Shown here: positions 14,501-27,149 of the stretch, piece after piece
Layout of the letters: each line of letters starts with the position of its first letter
How positions within the stretch are numbered: position 1 is the first letter of the stretch
DNA from: the human T2T-CHM13v2.0 reference genome, Homo sapiens
Length of the DNA stretch: 64,000 nucleotides
Reading direction: 5' to 3' (one strand)
Assembly: GCF_009914755.1 (NCBI RefSeq)
Contig: NC_060940.1
Notes under the pieces: model-generated
Seen by the model: the letters and a program-made list of their open reading frames with translations, nothing else
The model's database searches: none
Told to the model about the DNA's origin: nothing
Made by a program: the position numbers and the translations under genes

Positions 14501-15720
14501 GATGATTCCATTCGATTCCATTCATTGGTGATTCCACTCAATTCCATTCAATGATTCCATTCCATTTCTTTCAACAATGATTCCATTAGTTTCTATTCGA
14601 TGATCCACTTGATTCCATTTGGCGATGATTCCATTCGTGTCCATTCGATGATTCCATTTGATTCCATATGATGATGATTCCATTCGATTCCATACCATGA
14701 TGATTCCATTCGAGTCCATTCAATGGTGATTCCATTCAATTCCATTCGATGATTCCTTCCGATTCCATTCGATGATGATGGCATTCGATTCCTTTCAATC
14801 ATTCCCTTTGATTCCATTCAAAGGTGATTTCATTCAAGTCCATTCGATAATTGCATTCGATTCCATTCTATGATGATTCCATTCGAGTCCATTTGATGAT
14901 TCCATTCAATTCAAGTCAATGATGATTCCATTCGATTCCACTCGATGATTCCATTGGATTCCATTCGATGATGATTCCATTCAAATCCATTCGATAATTC
15001 AATTCAAGTCCATTCGATGATGATTCCAATCGAATCCATTCAAAGATTCCATTCAATTCCATTCGATGATGATTCCCTTAGATTCCATTCGATGATTCCA
15101 CTTGATTCCATTTACGATGATTCCATTCGATTCCATGTGATGAATCCATTCAATTCTATTCAATGATGTTTCCATTTGATTCCATTGGACCATGATTGCC
15201 TTTGATTCCATTCAATGATTCCATTCGGTTCCATTTGATGATGATTCCGTTCGATTCCATTTCATTATTCCATTTGATTCCATTGGATGAGTCCATTCGA
15301 TTACATTCGATGATTATTCCATTCGAGTGCATTAGATGATTGCATTCGAGTCCATTTGATGATTCCATTCGATTCCATTCGATGTTGATTCTGTTCAAAT
15401 CCATTCGATGATTCCACTCGATTCCATTCGATGACTCCATTTGATCCCATTCGATGATTTCCTGTGATTCCCTTTGATGATCATTCTATTTGATTCAATT
15501 CGGTGATTTCATTTCATTCCATTCAGTGATGTTTCCATTCGACTGTATTCGATGATGATTCCATTCGACTCCATTCGATTATGATTTCATTCAATTCCAT
15601 TCAATAATGATTCCCTTCGAGTCCATTCGATGATTCCATTCGATTCCATTCAACGATGATTTGATTCGTTTCCATTCGATGATTCCATTTGATTCCACTT
15701 GATGATGATTCCATTCGAGT
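11506..15720 (+). repeat. Divergent partial HOR unit U3a
   Basis: Collinear with unit landmarks (11670, 13075, 13576, 14522, 15156) but carries many variants, a 23-bp deletion near 11525 and 16 extra bp near 14450. Collinearity is lost at about 15720. Confidence 0.85.
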
Positions 15721-17530
15721 CTATTTATGTATTATATTCGTGTCCACTTCATGATTCCATTCAATTCCATTTAATGTTGATTCCATTTGATTCCATTTGA
15801 TGATTCAGTTCGATTCCTTGCAATGATTCCCTACGATTCCTTTCTATGAGGATTCCATTAGATTCCATTCATTTATGATTTCATTCGACTCCATTCGATG
15901 ATGATTCCTTTCGATTCCATTTGACGATGTTTCCATTCGAGTCCATTCGATGATGATTCTATTCAATTCTGTTCTATTATGATTCCATTCGATTTCATTC
16001 AATGCTTCTATTTGATTCCATTCGATGATGATTCCATCTCTTTCCCTTCGATGATTCCATTTGATTCCATTCAGTGATGATTCCATTTGATTCCATCTGA
16101 TGATGATTTCACTTGATTCCTTTCAATGATGATTCAATTCAAGTCCATTCGATGATTCCATTGGAGTCCAAACGATCATTCCGTTCGATTCCATTCAATG
16201 GTGATTCCATTCATGTCCATTCGATGAATCCATTCAATTCCATTCGATGATGACTCCATTCGAGTACATTCGATGATTCCATTTGATTCCATTTGAAGAT
16301 GATTCCATTCAATTCCATTCGAAGATGATTCCATTCAATTCCATTCGATGATGATTCCGTATGAATCCATTCTCTGATTATTCCATTTGATTCCATTCAT
16401 TGACGATTCCATTCAATTCCATTCAATGATGATTCTCTTCTATTCCATTCGATGATTCCGGTCGATTCCATTCGATGATGATTCCATTAGATTCCATTCG
16501 ATTGTTGCATTCGATTCCCTTCGATGATGATTCCTTTGAATTCCATTCGATTATCATTCCGTATGAATCCATTTGATGATTATTCCATTGGATTCCTTTC
16601 GATGATGATTCCATTCGATTCCATTTGATGATGTTTCTCTTGTATTCCATTGGATAATTCCTTTCAGTTCCCTTCGATGATTATTCTTTCGAGTCAATTC
16701 GATGATTCTATTCCATTCCCTTCGATGATGATTCCATTTCACTCCATTGGATGATTCCATTCGACTCAATTTGGTGATGATTCAATTCGATGACATTCGA
16801 TGACTCCATTCAATTTCATTTGATGATGATTACATTCGAGTCCATTTGATGATTGTATTCCTTTCCTTTTGATGATTATTCCATTCGTGTCTATTCAAAG
16901 AATCCATTCTATTCCATTCAATGATGATTGCATTTGATTCCATTCAATGAATATGGCTATCGATTCCACTCGTTGATTCCATTTGATTCCGTTCGATGAT
17001 TATTCCGTTAGATTCCATTAGAAGATTCCATTCGATTTTATTCAATGATTCCAATGGATTCCATTCAATGATGATTCCATTCGACTCCATTCAGTGATTC
17101 CATTCGAGTCCATTTGATGATTCCATTCTTTTCCATTTGATGATGATTCCATTAGGGTCCATTCAATGATTCCATTCGAGTCCATTCGTTAATGCCTTTC
17201 GAGTCCTTTTGATCACTACATTCGAGTCCATTCAATGATTCTATTCGATTTCATTCCATGATGATTCCATTCGAGTTCATTCGATGATTGCATTCGAGTC
17301 CATTTGATGATTCCATATGATTCCATTCGTGTCCATTTGATGATTCCATTCATTTCCTATCGATGAAGATTCCATTCAAGGGTATTCGATGATTCCATTC
17401 AAATCCATTCGATGATGATTCCATTCCAGTCCATTCGATCATTCCACTTGATTCCATTTGATGACTATTCCATTCAAATCCATTTGATGATTCCATTCGA
17501 TTCCATTCGATGTTACCATTCGAGTATATA
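15721..17530 (+). repeat. Non-HOR HSat2 island of about 1.8 kb, single copy in this window
   Basis: Still CATTC/GATGAT satellite, but with strings not seen elsewhere (CTATTTATGTATTATATTCG, GAATATGGCTATCG, CCGGTCGATTCC). ORFs at 15844-16769 have no repeated counterparts. Confidence 0.85.
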
Positions 17531-20500
17531 CGATGATTCCACTCGATTCCATTTGATGATTATTCCATTGGAGTCCACTTAGTGAATCCTTTAGATTCTA
17601 CTCGAAGATGATTCCATTCGAGTCCATTCGATGATACCATTCAATTCCATTCGTTGATGCTTCCATTCAAGTGCATTCGATGATATCATTCGATTCCATT
17701 TGATGATAATTCCATTTGATTCCATGCGATGATTCTATTCGATTCCATTCAATGATAATTCCATTCAATTCAGTGATTCCTCTGGACTCCATTTGATGAT
17801 GATTCCATTCAATGATTCCATTCGATTCTATTCCAAAATGATTCCATTTGAATCCATTTGATGATGATTCCATTGGATTCCATTTGATGATTCCATTCGA
17901 TTCCATTCGATGATGATTCCATTCGATTCCATTTGATGATTCCATTCTATTCTATTCGATGATGATTCCATTCGATTCCATTCGATGATGATTGGATTCG
18001 ATTCCATTTGATTCCATTCGATAATGATTTCGATCAATTCCATTCGATGATTCCATTCGATTCCATTCGATAATGATTACATCCGAGTCCATTCGATGAT
18101 TCCATTTGAGCCCGTTCGATAATTCCATTTGAGTCCAATCAATGATTCCATTCATTTCCATTCAATGATTCCATTCGAGTCCATTTGATCATTCCGGTAG
18201 GGTCCGTTCGATGTTGATTCCATTGGAGTGCATTCGATGATTCCATTCGAGTCCATTTTAGGATTTGATTCGAGTCCTTTCGATGATTCCATTCGATTCC
18301 ACTCGATGATTTCATTCGAGTCCATTCGACACTTCCAATCGATTCCATTTGATGTTTCCATTCGATTCCAATTGATGATTCCATTCAATTCCATTCGATG
18401 ATGATTCCGTACGATTCCATTCTGTGATGATTCCATGTGATTGCAATCAATGATGATTCCTTTCGATTGCATTCGATTATGATTCATTTCGTGTTCATTC
18501 TATGGTTCCACAGGTTTCCATTCGATGATGTTTCCATTCGTTTCCATTCCATTATTAGATTCTATTCCATTTGAAGATGATTCCATTCGATTCCATTCAT
18601 TGGTGATTCCACTCAATTCCATTCAATGATTCCATTCCATTTCTTTCAACAATGATTCCATTAGTTTCTATTCGATGATCCACTGGATTCCATTTGACGA
18701 TGATTCCATTCGTGTCCATTCGATGATTCCATTTGATTCCATATGATGATGATTCCATTCGATTCCATACGATGATGATTCCATTCGAGTCCATTCAATG
18801 GTGATTCCATTCAATTCCATTCGATGATTCCTTTCGATTCCATTCAATGATGATGGCATTCGATTCCTTTCGATCATTCCCTTTGATTCCATTCAAATGT
18901 GATTTCATTCAAGTCCATTCGATAATTGCATTCGATTCCATTCTATGATGATTCCATTCGAGTCCATTTGATGATTCCATTCAATTCAAGTCAATGATGA
19001 TTCCATTCGATTCCACTCGATGATTCCATTGGATTCCATTCGATGATGATTCCATTCAAATCCATTCGATAATTCAATTCAAGTCCATTCGATGATGATT
19101 CCAATCGAATCCATTCAAAGATTCCACTCAATTCCATTCGATGATGATTCCCTTAGATTCCATTCGATGATTCCACTTGATTCCATTTACGATGATTCCA
19201 TTCGATTCCATGTGATGATTCCATTCAATTCTATTCAATGATGTTTCCACTTGATTCCATTCGAACATGATTGCCTTTGATTCCATTCAATGATTCCATA
19301 CGGTTCCATTTGATGATGATTCCATTCGAGTGCATTAGATGATTCCATTCGAGTCCATTCGATGATTCCATTCGATTCCATTCGATGTTGATTCTGTTCA
19401 AATCCATTCGATGATTCCACTCGATTCCATTCGATGACTCCATTTGATCCCATTCGATGATTTCCTTTGATTCCCTTTGATGATCATTCCATTTGATTCA
19501 ATTCAGTGATTTCATTTGATTCCATTCAGTGATGTTTCCATTCAACTCCTTTCGATGATGATTCCATTCGACTCCATTCGATTATGATTTCATTCAATTC
19601 CATTCGATAATGATTCCCTTCAAGTCCATTCGATGATTCCATTCGATTCCATTCAACGATGATTTGATTCGTGTCCATTCGATGATTCCATTTGATTCCA
19701 TTTGATGATGATTCCATTCGAGTCCCTTTCATGATTCCATTCAATACCATTCTCCGATGATTTCTTTTGAGCCCATTCAATGCTTCCACTCGATTCCATA
19801 TGATGATGACTCCATTTGATGAAATTCCATGATGATTCCATTCGCTTGCATTCGATGATGATTCCACTTGAGTCCGTTAGAAGATTCTATTCAATTACAT
19901 TCCATGACGATTCTGTTCGAGTCCATTTGATGATTCCATTAGACTCCATTCGACGATGATTCCATTCGATGTTATTCGATGATGATTCCATTCAACTCCA
20001 TTCGATGTTTCCATTCGAGTTCATTCTATTATTCCATTAGATTCCATTCGATGATGATTCCATTCGATTCCATTTGATGATTGCATTCTATTTCATTTGA
20101 TGATGATTCCATTCGAGTCCATTCGATGATTCCATTCGAGTCCATTTAATGAATCCATTGGTTTCAATTCTATGATGATTACATTGGATTCCATACGTTG
20201 ATGATTTCATTCGATTCCATTCAATGATGATTCCATTCAATTCCATTCAATGATTCCATTCAATTCCATACGATGATGATTCCATTTGATTTGATTCGAC
20301 AGTGAGCCATTCGATTCAATTCCATGATGATTCTATTTGATTCAATTCGTTGACATTTCCATTCGATTCCATTCGATGATGATTCCATTTGATTCCATTC
20401 AAAGATGATTCCATTCTAGCCCATTCAATCATTCCATTCGATTCTATTCAATGATGATTCCATTCATGTCGATTTGGTGATTCCATTTGACTTCATTTGA

Positions 20501-21413
20501 TGATGATTCCTTTCAAGTTCATTAGATGATTCCATTCGATTCCATTTGATGATGATCCCATTCGAGTCCATTCAGTGATTCCACTCGTTTCCATTCCATG
20601 ATGATTCCATTCCATTCCATTCAATGATTCCATTCGATTCCGTTTGATGATGATTTCATTCGAGTCCATTTGATGATTCCATTTGATTCCATTCGATGAT
20701 GATTACATTCGAGTCCATACGATGATTCCACTCAATTCCATATGATGATGATTCCATTCGATTCCATTCGGTGATTCCATTCTATTCTATTCAATGTTGA
20801 TTCCATTCGAGTACATTAGATGATTCCATTCGATTCCATTCAATGATGATTCTATTTGTGTCCCTTAGATGGTTCCACATGATTCCATTTCATGATGATA
20901 CTATTTGAGCCCATCCAATTATTCCCTTCGATTCCATTCGATGAGGATTCCATTCGATTCAATTCATTGGTGATTCTATTCAATTCAATTCTTTGATTCC
21001 ATTCCATTCCATTCGACAATGATTCCATTCGATTTCTTTCGATGATTCCACTCGATTCCACTTGACATTGATTCCATTCGATTCCATTCAATGATTCCGT
21101 TTGATTCCAGTGGATGATGATTGCCATCGATTCCATTCGATCACTCCATTCTATTCCATTTGATGATGATTACATTCGATTCCATTTGATGATTCCATCT
21201 GATTCTATTCGAGGATTCCATTTGATTCCATTCGATGATGATTCCATTCGAGTGCATTCGATGATTTCATTCGAGTACATCCAATGATTCCATTCGAGTC
21301 CATTTGATGATTCCATTTGATTCCATTTGATTATGATTCTACTAGAGTCCATTCAATGACTCCATTCGAATCCATTCAACAATTCCATTCGAGGCCATTC
21401 GATGATTCCATTT
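17531..21413 (+). repeat. Divergent partial HOR unit U3b, re-entering the unit at the position equivalent to ~2807
   Basis: CCACTCGATTCCATTTGATGATTATTCCATTGGAGTCCACTTAGTGAATCC resumes at about 17540. It carries deletions of 13, 3, 72, 23, 170 and 10 bp relative to the main unit. Confidence 0.85.
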
Positions 21414-24400
21414 CATGATTCCATTCGAGTCCATTTAATCATTACAGTCGAGTCCATTTGGTGATTCCACTGGATTTCTTTTGATAATGATACCATTCAG
21501 TTACATTTGATGATGATCCCATTCAATTTCATTTGATGGTGATTCCATTAGAGTCCATTCGATGATTTCATTCGAGTCCCTTCATTGATTCCATCCGATT
21601 TCATTGGATGATGACTCCATTCGAGTCCATTCGATGATTCCACTCGATTCCATTAGATGATTCCATTGGAGTCCATTTGATTGTTCCATTCGATTCTATT
21701 CGATTCCTTTCGAAGATTATTCCATTTGAGTCCATTCGATGATGATTCCATTCCATTCCATTCCATGATTCCGTTTGATTCCATTCGATGATTCCCTTCG
21801 ATTCCTTTCTTTGATGATTCCATTCCATTCCATTCAATGATTCCATTCGAATCTATTCCATGATGATTCCTTTCGATTCCATTCGCTGATGTTTCCGTTC
21901 AATTCCATTCGATGATGATTCCATTCGATTCCATTCATTGAGGATTCCATTTGATTCCATTCAATGATGATTCCATTCTATTCCATTCAATGATTGCATT
22001 CAATTCCATTCAATGATTATCCCATTAGAGTAAACTCAACGATTCCATTCAATACCATTCGATGATGATTCCTTTTGAGTCCATTCAATGATTTCATTCA
22101 AGTCCATTTGATGATTCCTTTCAATTCCATTCTATGATGATTCCATTCGAGTCCATTCGATGATTCCATTCGATTGCATTCGATGATTCCATTATATTCC
22201 ATTCAACGATGATTCCATTCGAGTCCATTCGATGATTCCATTAGAGTACATTTAATGATTGCTTTGTTTTCAATTCGAAGATGATTACATTGGATTCCAT
22301 TCTATGATACCATTCGATTCCATTCAATGATGATTCCACTCAAATCCATTGGATGATTCCATTCGTGTCCATTCGGTGATTTCATTAGATTCCATTCGAG
22401 GATGATTCCATTTGATTCCATTCGATGATTCCATTCAATTCCATTCGATGATGATTCCATTCCAGTCCATATGATCATTCCATTTGATTTCATTCGATGA
22501 TGATTCCATTCGATTCCATTCGATGATTCCATTCTATTCCATTCGATGATGATTCCATTCGAGTCCATTCGATGATTCCATTCGAGTCCATTTAATGATT
22601 CCATTGGGTTCAATTCAATGATGATTACATTGGATTCCGTTCTATGATTCCATTCAATTCCGTTCATTGACAATTTGATTCCATTCGATGATGATTCCAT
22701 TTGAGTTCATTCGATGATTCTATTCGATTCTCTTCGATGGTGATTCAATTCTATTATATTGGATGATTCCATTCGATTCCATTTGATGTTTATTCAATTC
22801 GATTCTATTCGATGATGATTCCATTGGATTTCACTTGATGATTCTATTCGATTCCATTCAATGATGATTCACTTCTCGTCCATTGGATGATTCCATTTCA
22901 TTCCATTCGATGATGATTCCATTCGATTCCATTCGATGATTCCATTTGATTCCATGCGTCGGTGAGCAATTCGATTCAATTCCATGATGATTCTATTTGA
23001 TTCAATTAGATGATTTTCCATTCGAATCCATTCCATGATTATTCCATTGGAATCCATTCGGCGATGATTCCATATGAGTCAATTCAATGATGATTCCATA
23101 TGGGTCCGTTCGATGATAATTCCATTTGATTTCATTCAGTGCTTCTATTCAATTCCAGTCGATGATGATTCCGTTGGTGTCCATACGATGATTCCATTTG
23201 ATTTCATTTGATGATGATTCCATTCGATGATGATTACATTGGATTCCATTCTATGATTCCATTCAATTCCATTCGTTGATGATTCGATTCCATTCAATGA
23301 TGATTCCATTTGAGTTCATTCGATGATTCTATTCGATTCCGTTCGATGGTGATTCAATTCTCTTATATTGGATGATTCCACTCGATTCCATTTGACGATA
23401 ATTCCATTGGAGTCCACTTAGTGAATCCTTTAGATTCTACTCGAAGATGATTCCATTCGAGTCCATTCGATGATACCATTCAATTTCATTCGTTGATGCT
23501 TCCATTCAAGTGCATTCGATGATATCATTCGATTCCATTTGATGATAATTCCATTTGATTCCATGCGATGATTCTATTCGATTCCATTCAACGACAATTC
23601 CATTCAATTCAGTGATTCCTCTGGACTCCATTTGATGATGATTCCATTCAATGATTCCATTCGATTCTATTCGAAAATGATTCCATTTGAATCCATTTGA
23701 TGATGATTCCATTAGATTCCATTTGATGATTCCATTCGATTCCATTCAATGATGATTCCATTCGATTCCGTTTGATGATTCCATTCTATTCTATTCGATG
23801 ATGATTCCATTCGATTCCATTCGATGATGATTGGATTCGATTCCATTTGATGATTTCATTTGATTCCATTCGTTAATGATTTCGATCAATTCCATTCGAT
23901 GATTCCATTCGATTCCATTCGATAATGATTACATCCGAGTCCATTCGATGATTCCCTTTGAGCCTGTTCGATAATTCCATTTGAGTCCAACCAATGATTC
24001 CATTCATTTCCATTCAATGATTCCATTCGAGTCCATTTGATCATTCCGGTAGGGTCCATTCGATGTTGATTCCATTGGAGTGCATTCGATGATTCCATTC
24101 GAGTCCATTTTAGGATTTGATTCGAGTCCTTTCGATGATTCCATTCGATTCCACTCGATGATGATTTCATTCGAGTCCATTCGACACTTCCAATCGATTC
24201 CATTTGATGATTCCATTCGAGTCCAATTGATGATTCCATTCAATTCCATTCGATGATGATTCCGTACGATTCCATTCTGTGATGATTCCATGTGATTGCA
24301 TTCAATGATGATTCCTTTCGATTGCATTCGATTATGATTCATTTCGTGTTCATTCTATGGTTCCACAGGTTTCCATTCGTGTCCATTCCATTATTCCATT

Positions 24401-27149
24401 CTATTCCATTTGATGATGATTCCCTTCGATTCCATTCCTTGGTGATTCCACTCAATTCCATTCAATGATTCCATTCCATTTCTTTCAACAATGATTCCAT
24501 TAGTTTCTAATCGATGATCCACTTGATTCCATTTGACGACGATTCCATTCTTGTCCATTCGATGATTCCATTTGATTCCATATGATGATGATTCCATTCG
24601 ATCCCATACCATGATGATTCCATTCGAGTCCATTCCATGGTGATTCCATTCAATTCCATTCGATGATTCCTTTCGATTCCATTCGATGATGATGGCATTC
24701 GATTCCTTTCAATCATTCCCTTTGATTCCATTCAAAGGTGATTTCATTCAAGTCCATTCGATAATTGCATTCGATTCCATTCTATGATGATTCCATTCGA
24801 GTCCATTTGATGATTCCATTCAATTCAAGTCAATGATGATTCCATTCGATTCCATTCGATGATTCCATTGGATTCCATTCGATGATGATTCCATTCAAAT
24901 CCATTCGATAATTCAATTCAAGTTCATTCGATGATGATTAAAATCGAATCCATTCAAAGATTCCATTCAGTTCCATTCGATGGTTCCTTAGATTCCATTC
25001 GATGATTCCACTTGATTCCATTTACGATGATTCCATTCGATTCCATGTGATGATTCCATTCAATTCTATTCAATGATGTCTCCATTTGATTCCATTCGAC
25101 CATGATTGCCTTTGATTCCATTCAATGACTCCATTCGGTTCCTTTTGATGATGATTCCGTTCGATTCCATTTCATTATTCCATTTGATTCCATTGGATGA
25201 GTCCATTCGATTACATTCGATGATTATTCCATTCGAGTGCATTAGATGATTCCATTCGAGTCCATTCGATGATTCCATTCGATTCCATTCGATGTTGATT
25301 CTGTTCAAATCCATTCGATGATTCCACTCGATTCCATTCGTTGACTCCATTTGATCCCATTCGATGATTTCCTTTGATTCCCTTTGATGATCATTCCATT
25401 TGATTCAATTCGGTGATTTCATTTGATTCCATTCAGTGATGTTTCCATTCGACTCCATTCGATGATGATTCCATTCGACTCCATTCGATTATGATTTCAC
25501 TAAATTCCATTCAATAATGATTCCCTTCGAGTCCATTCGATGATTCCATTCGATTCCATTCAACGATGATTTGATTCGTGTCCATTCGATGATTCCATTT
25601 GATTCCACTTGATGATGATTCCATTCGAGTCCATTTGATGATTCCATTCAATTCCATACTCCGATGATTTCTTTTGAGCCCACTCAATGCTTCCACTCGA
25701 TTCCATATGATGATGACTCCATTCGATGAAATTCGATGATGATTCCATTCGCTTGCTTTCGATGATGATTCCACTTGAGTCCGTTAGAAGATTCTATTCA
25801 ATTACATTCCAGGACGATTCCGTTCGAGTCCATTTGATGATTCCATTAGACTCCATTCGACGATGATTCCATTCGATGTTATTCGATGATTCCATTCGAT
25901 CTCATTCGATGATGATTCCATTCAACTCCATTCGATGTTTCCATTCGAGTTCATTCTATTATTCCATTAGATTCCATTCGATGATGATTCCATTCGATTC
26001 CATTTGATGATTGCATTCTATTTCATTTGATGATGATTCCATTCGAGTCCACTCGATGATTCCATTCGAGTCCATTTAATGAATCCATTGGTTTCAATTC
26101 TATGATGATTACATTGGATTCCATTCGTTGATGATTTCATTCGGTTCCATTCCATGATGATTCCATTCCTTTCCATTCAATGATTCCATTCGATTCCGTT
26201 TGATGATGATTTCATTCGAGTCCATTTGATGATTCCATTTGATTTCTTTCGATGATGATTCCATTCGAGTCCATTCGATGATTCTATTCGAATCCATTTG
26301 ATGATTTCTTTTGATTATATTTGGTGATGATTCCATTGGAGTCCATTCAATGATTCCATTCTATTCCAATCGATGATGATTCCATTAGAGTCCATTTAAT
26401 GATTCCATTTGATTCCAGTCTCTGATGATTACATTCGAGTCCATACGATGATTCCACTCAATTCCATATGATGATGATTCCATTTGATTCCATTCGGTGA
26501 TTCCGTTCTATTCTATTCAATGGTGATTCCATTCGAGTACATTAGATGATTCCATTCGATTCCATTCATTGATGATTCTATTTGTGTCCCTTAGATGATT
26601 CCACATGATTCCATTAGATGATGATACTATTTGAGCCCATCCAATGATTCCCTTCGATTCCATTCGATGAGGATTCCATTCGATTCAATTCATTGGTGAT
26701 TCTATTCAATTCAATTCTTTGATTCCATTCCATTCCATTCGACAATGATTCCATTCGATTTCTTTCGATGATTCCACTCGATTCCACTTGACATTGATTC
26801 CATTCGATTCCATTCAATGATTCCATTTGATTCCAGTGGATGATGATTGCCATCGATTCCATTCGATCACTCCATTCTATTCCATTTGATGATGATTACA
26901 TTCGATTCCATTTGATGATTCCATCTGATTCTATTCGAGGATTCCATTTGATTCCATTCGATGATGATTCCATTCGAGTCCATTCGATGATTTCATTCGA
27001 GTACATCCAATGATTCCATTCGAGTCCATTAGATGATTCCATTTGATTCCATTTGAAAATGATTCTACTAGAGTCCATTCAATGACTCCATTCGAGTCCA
27101 TTCAACAATTCCATTCGACTCCATTCGATGATTCCATTCGATTCCATTT
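21414..27149 (+). repeat. HOR unit U4, 5,736 bp (374-bp deletion plus two 1-bp deletions; mosaic)
   Basis: Landmark 21601->27337 = 5736; deletion junction at 26145-26152. Confidence 0.9.

Noticed and set aside
15721-17530. Transposon or foreign insertion with LTR-like flanking direct repeats
   Set aside because: The island is itself HSat2. It has no Alu/L1/ERV sequence, poly(A) tail, terminal inverted repeats or short target-site duplication, and the flanks are diverged satellite copies.
15721-17530. Island being a copy of the ~1.77-kb chr1 HSat2A unit because of its similar size
   Set aside because: Only the size is similar and the boundaries are approximate. This cannot be supported without alignment to that consensus.
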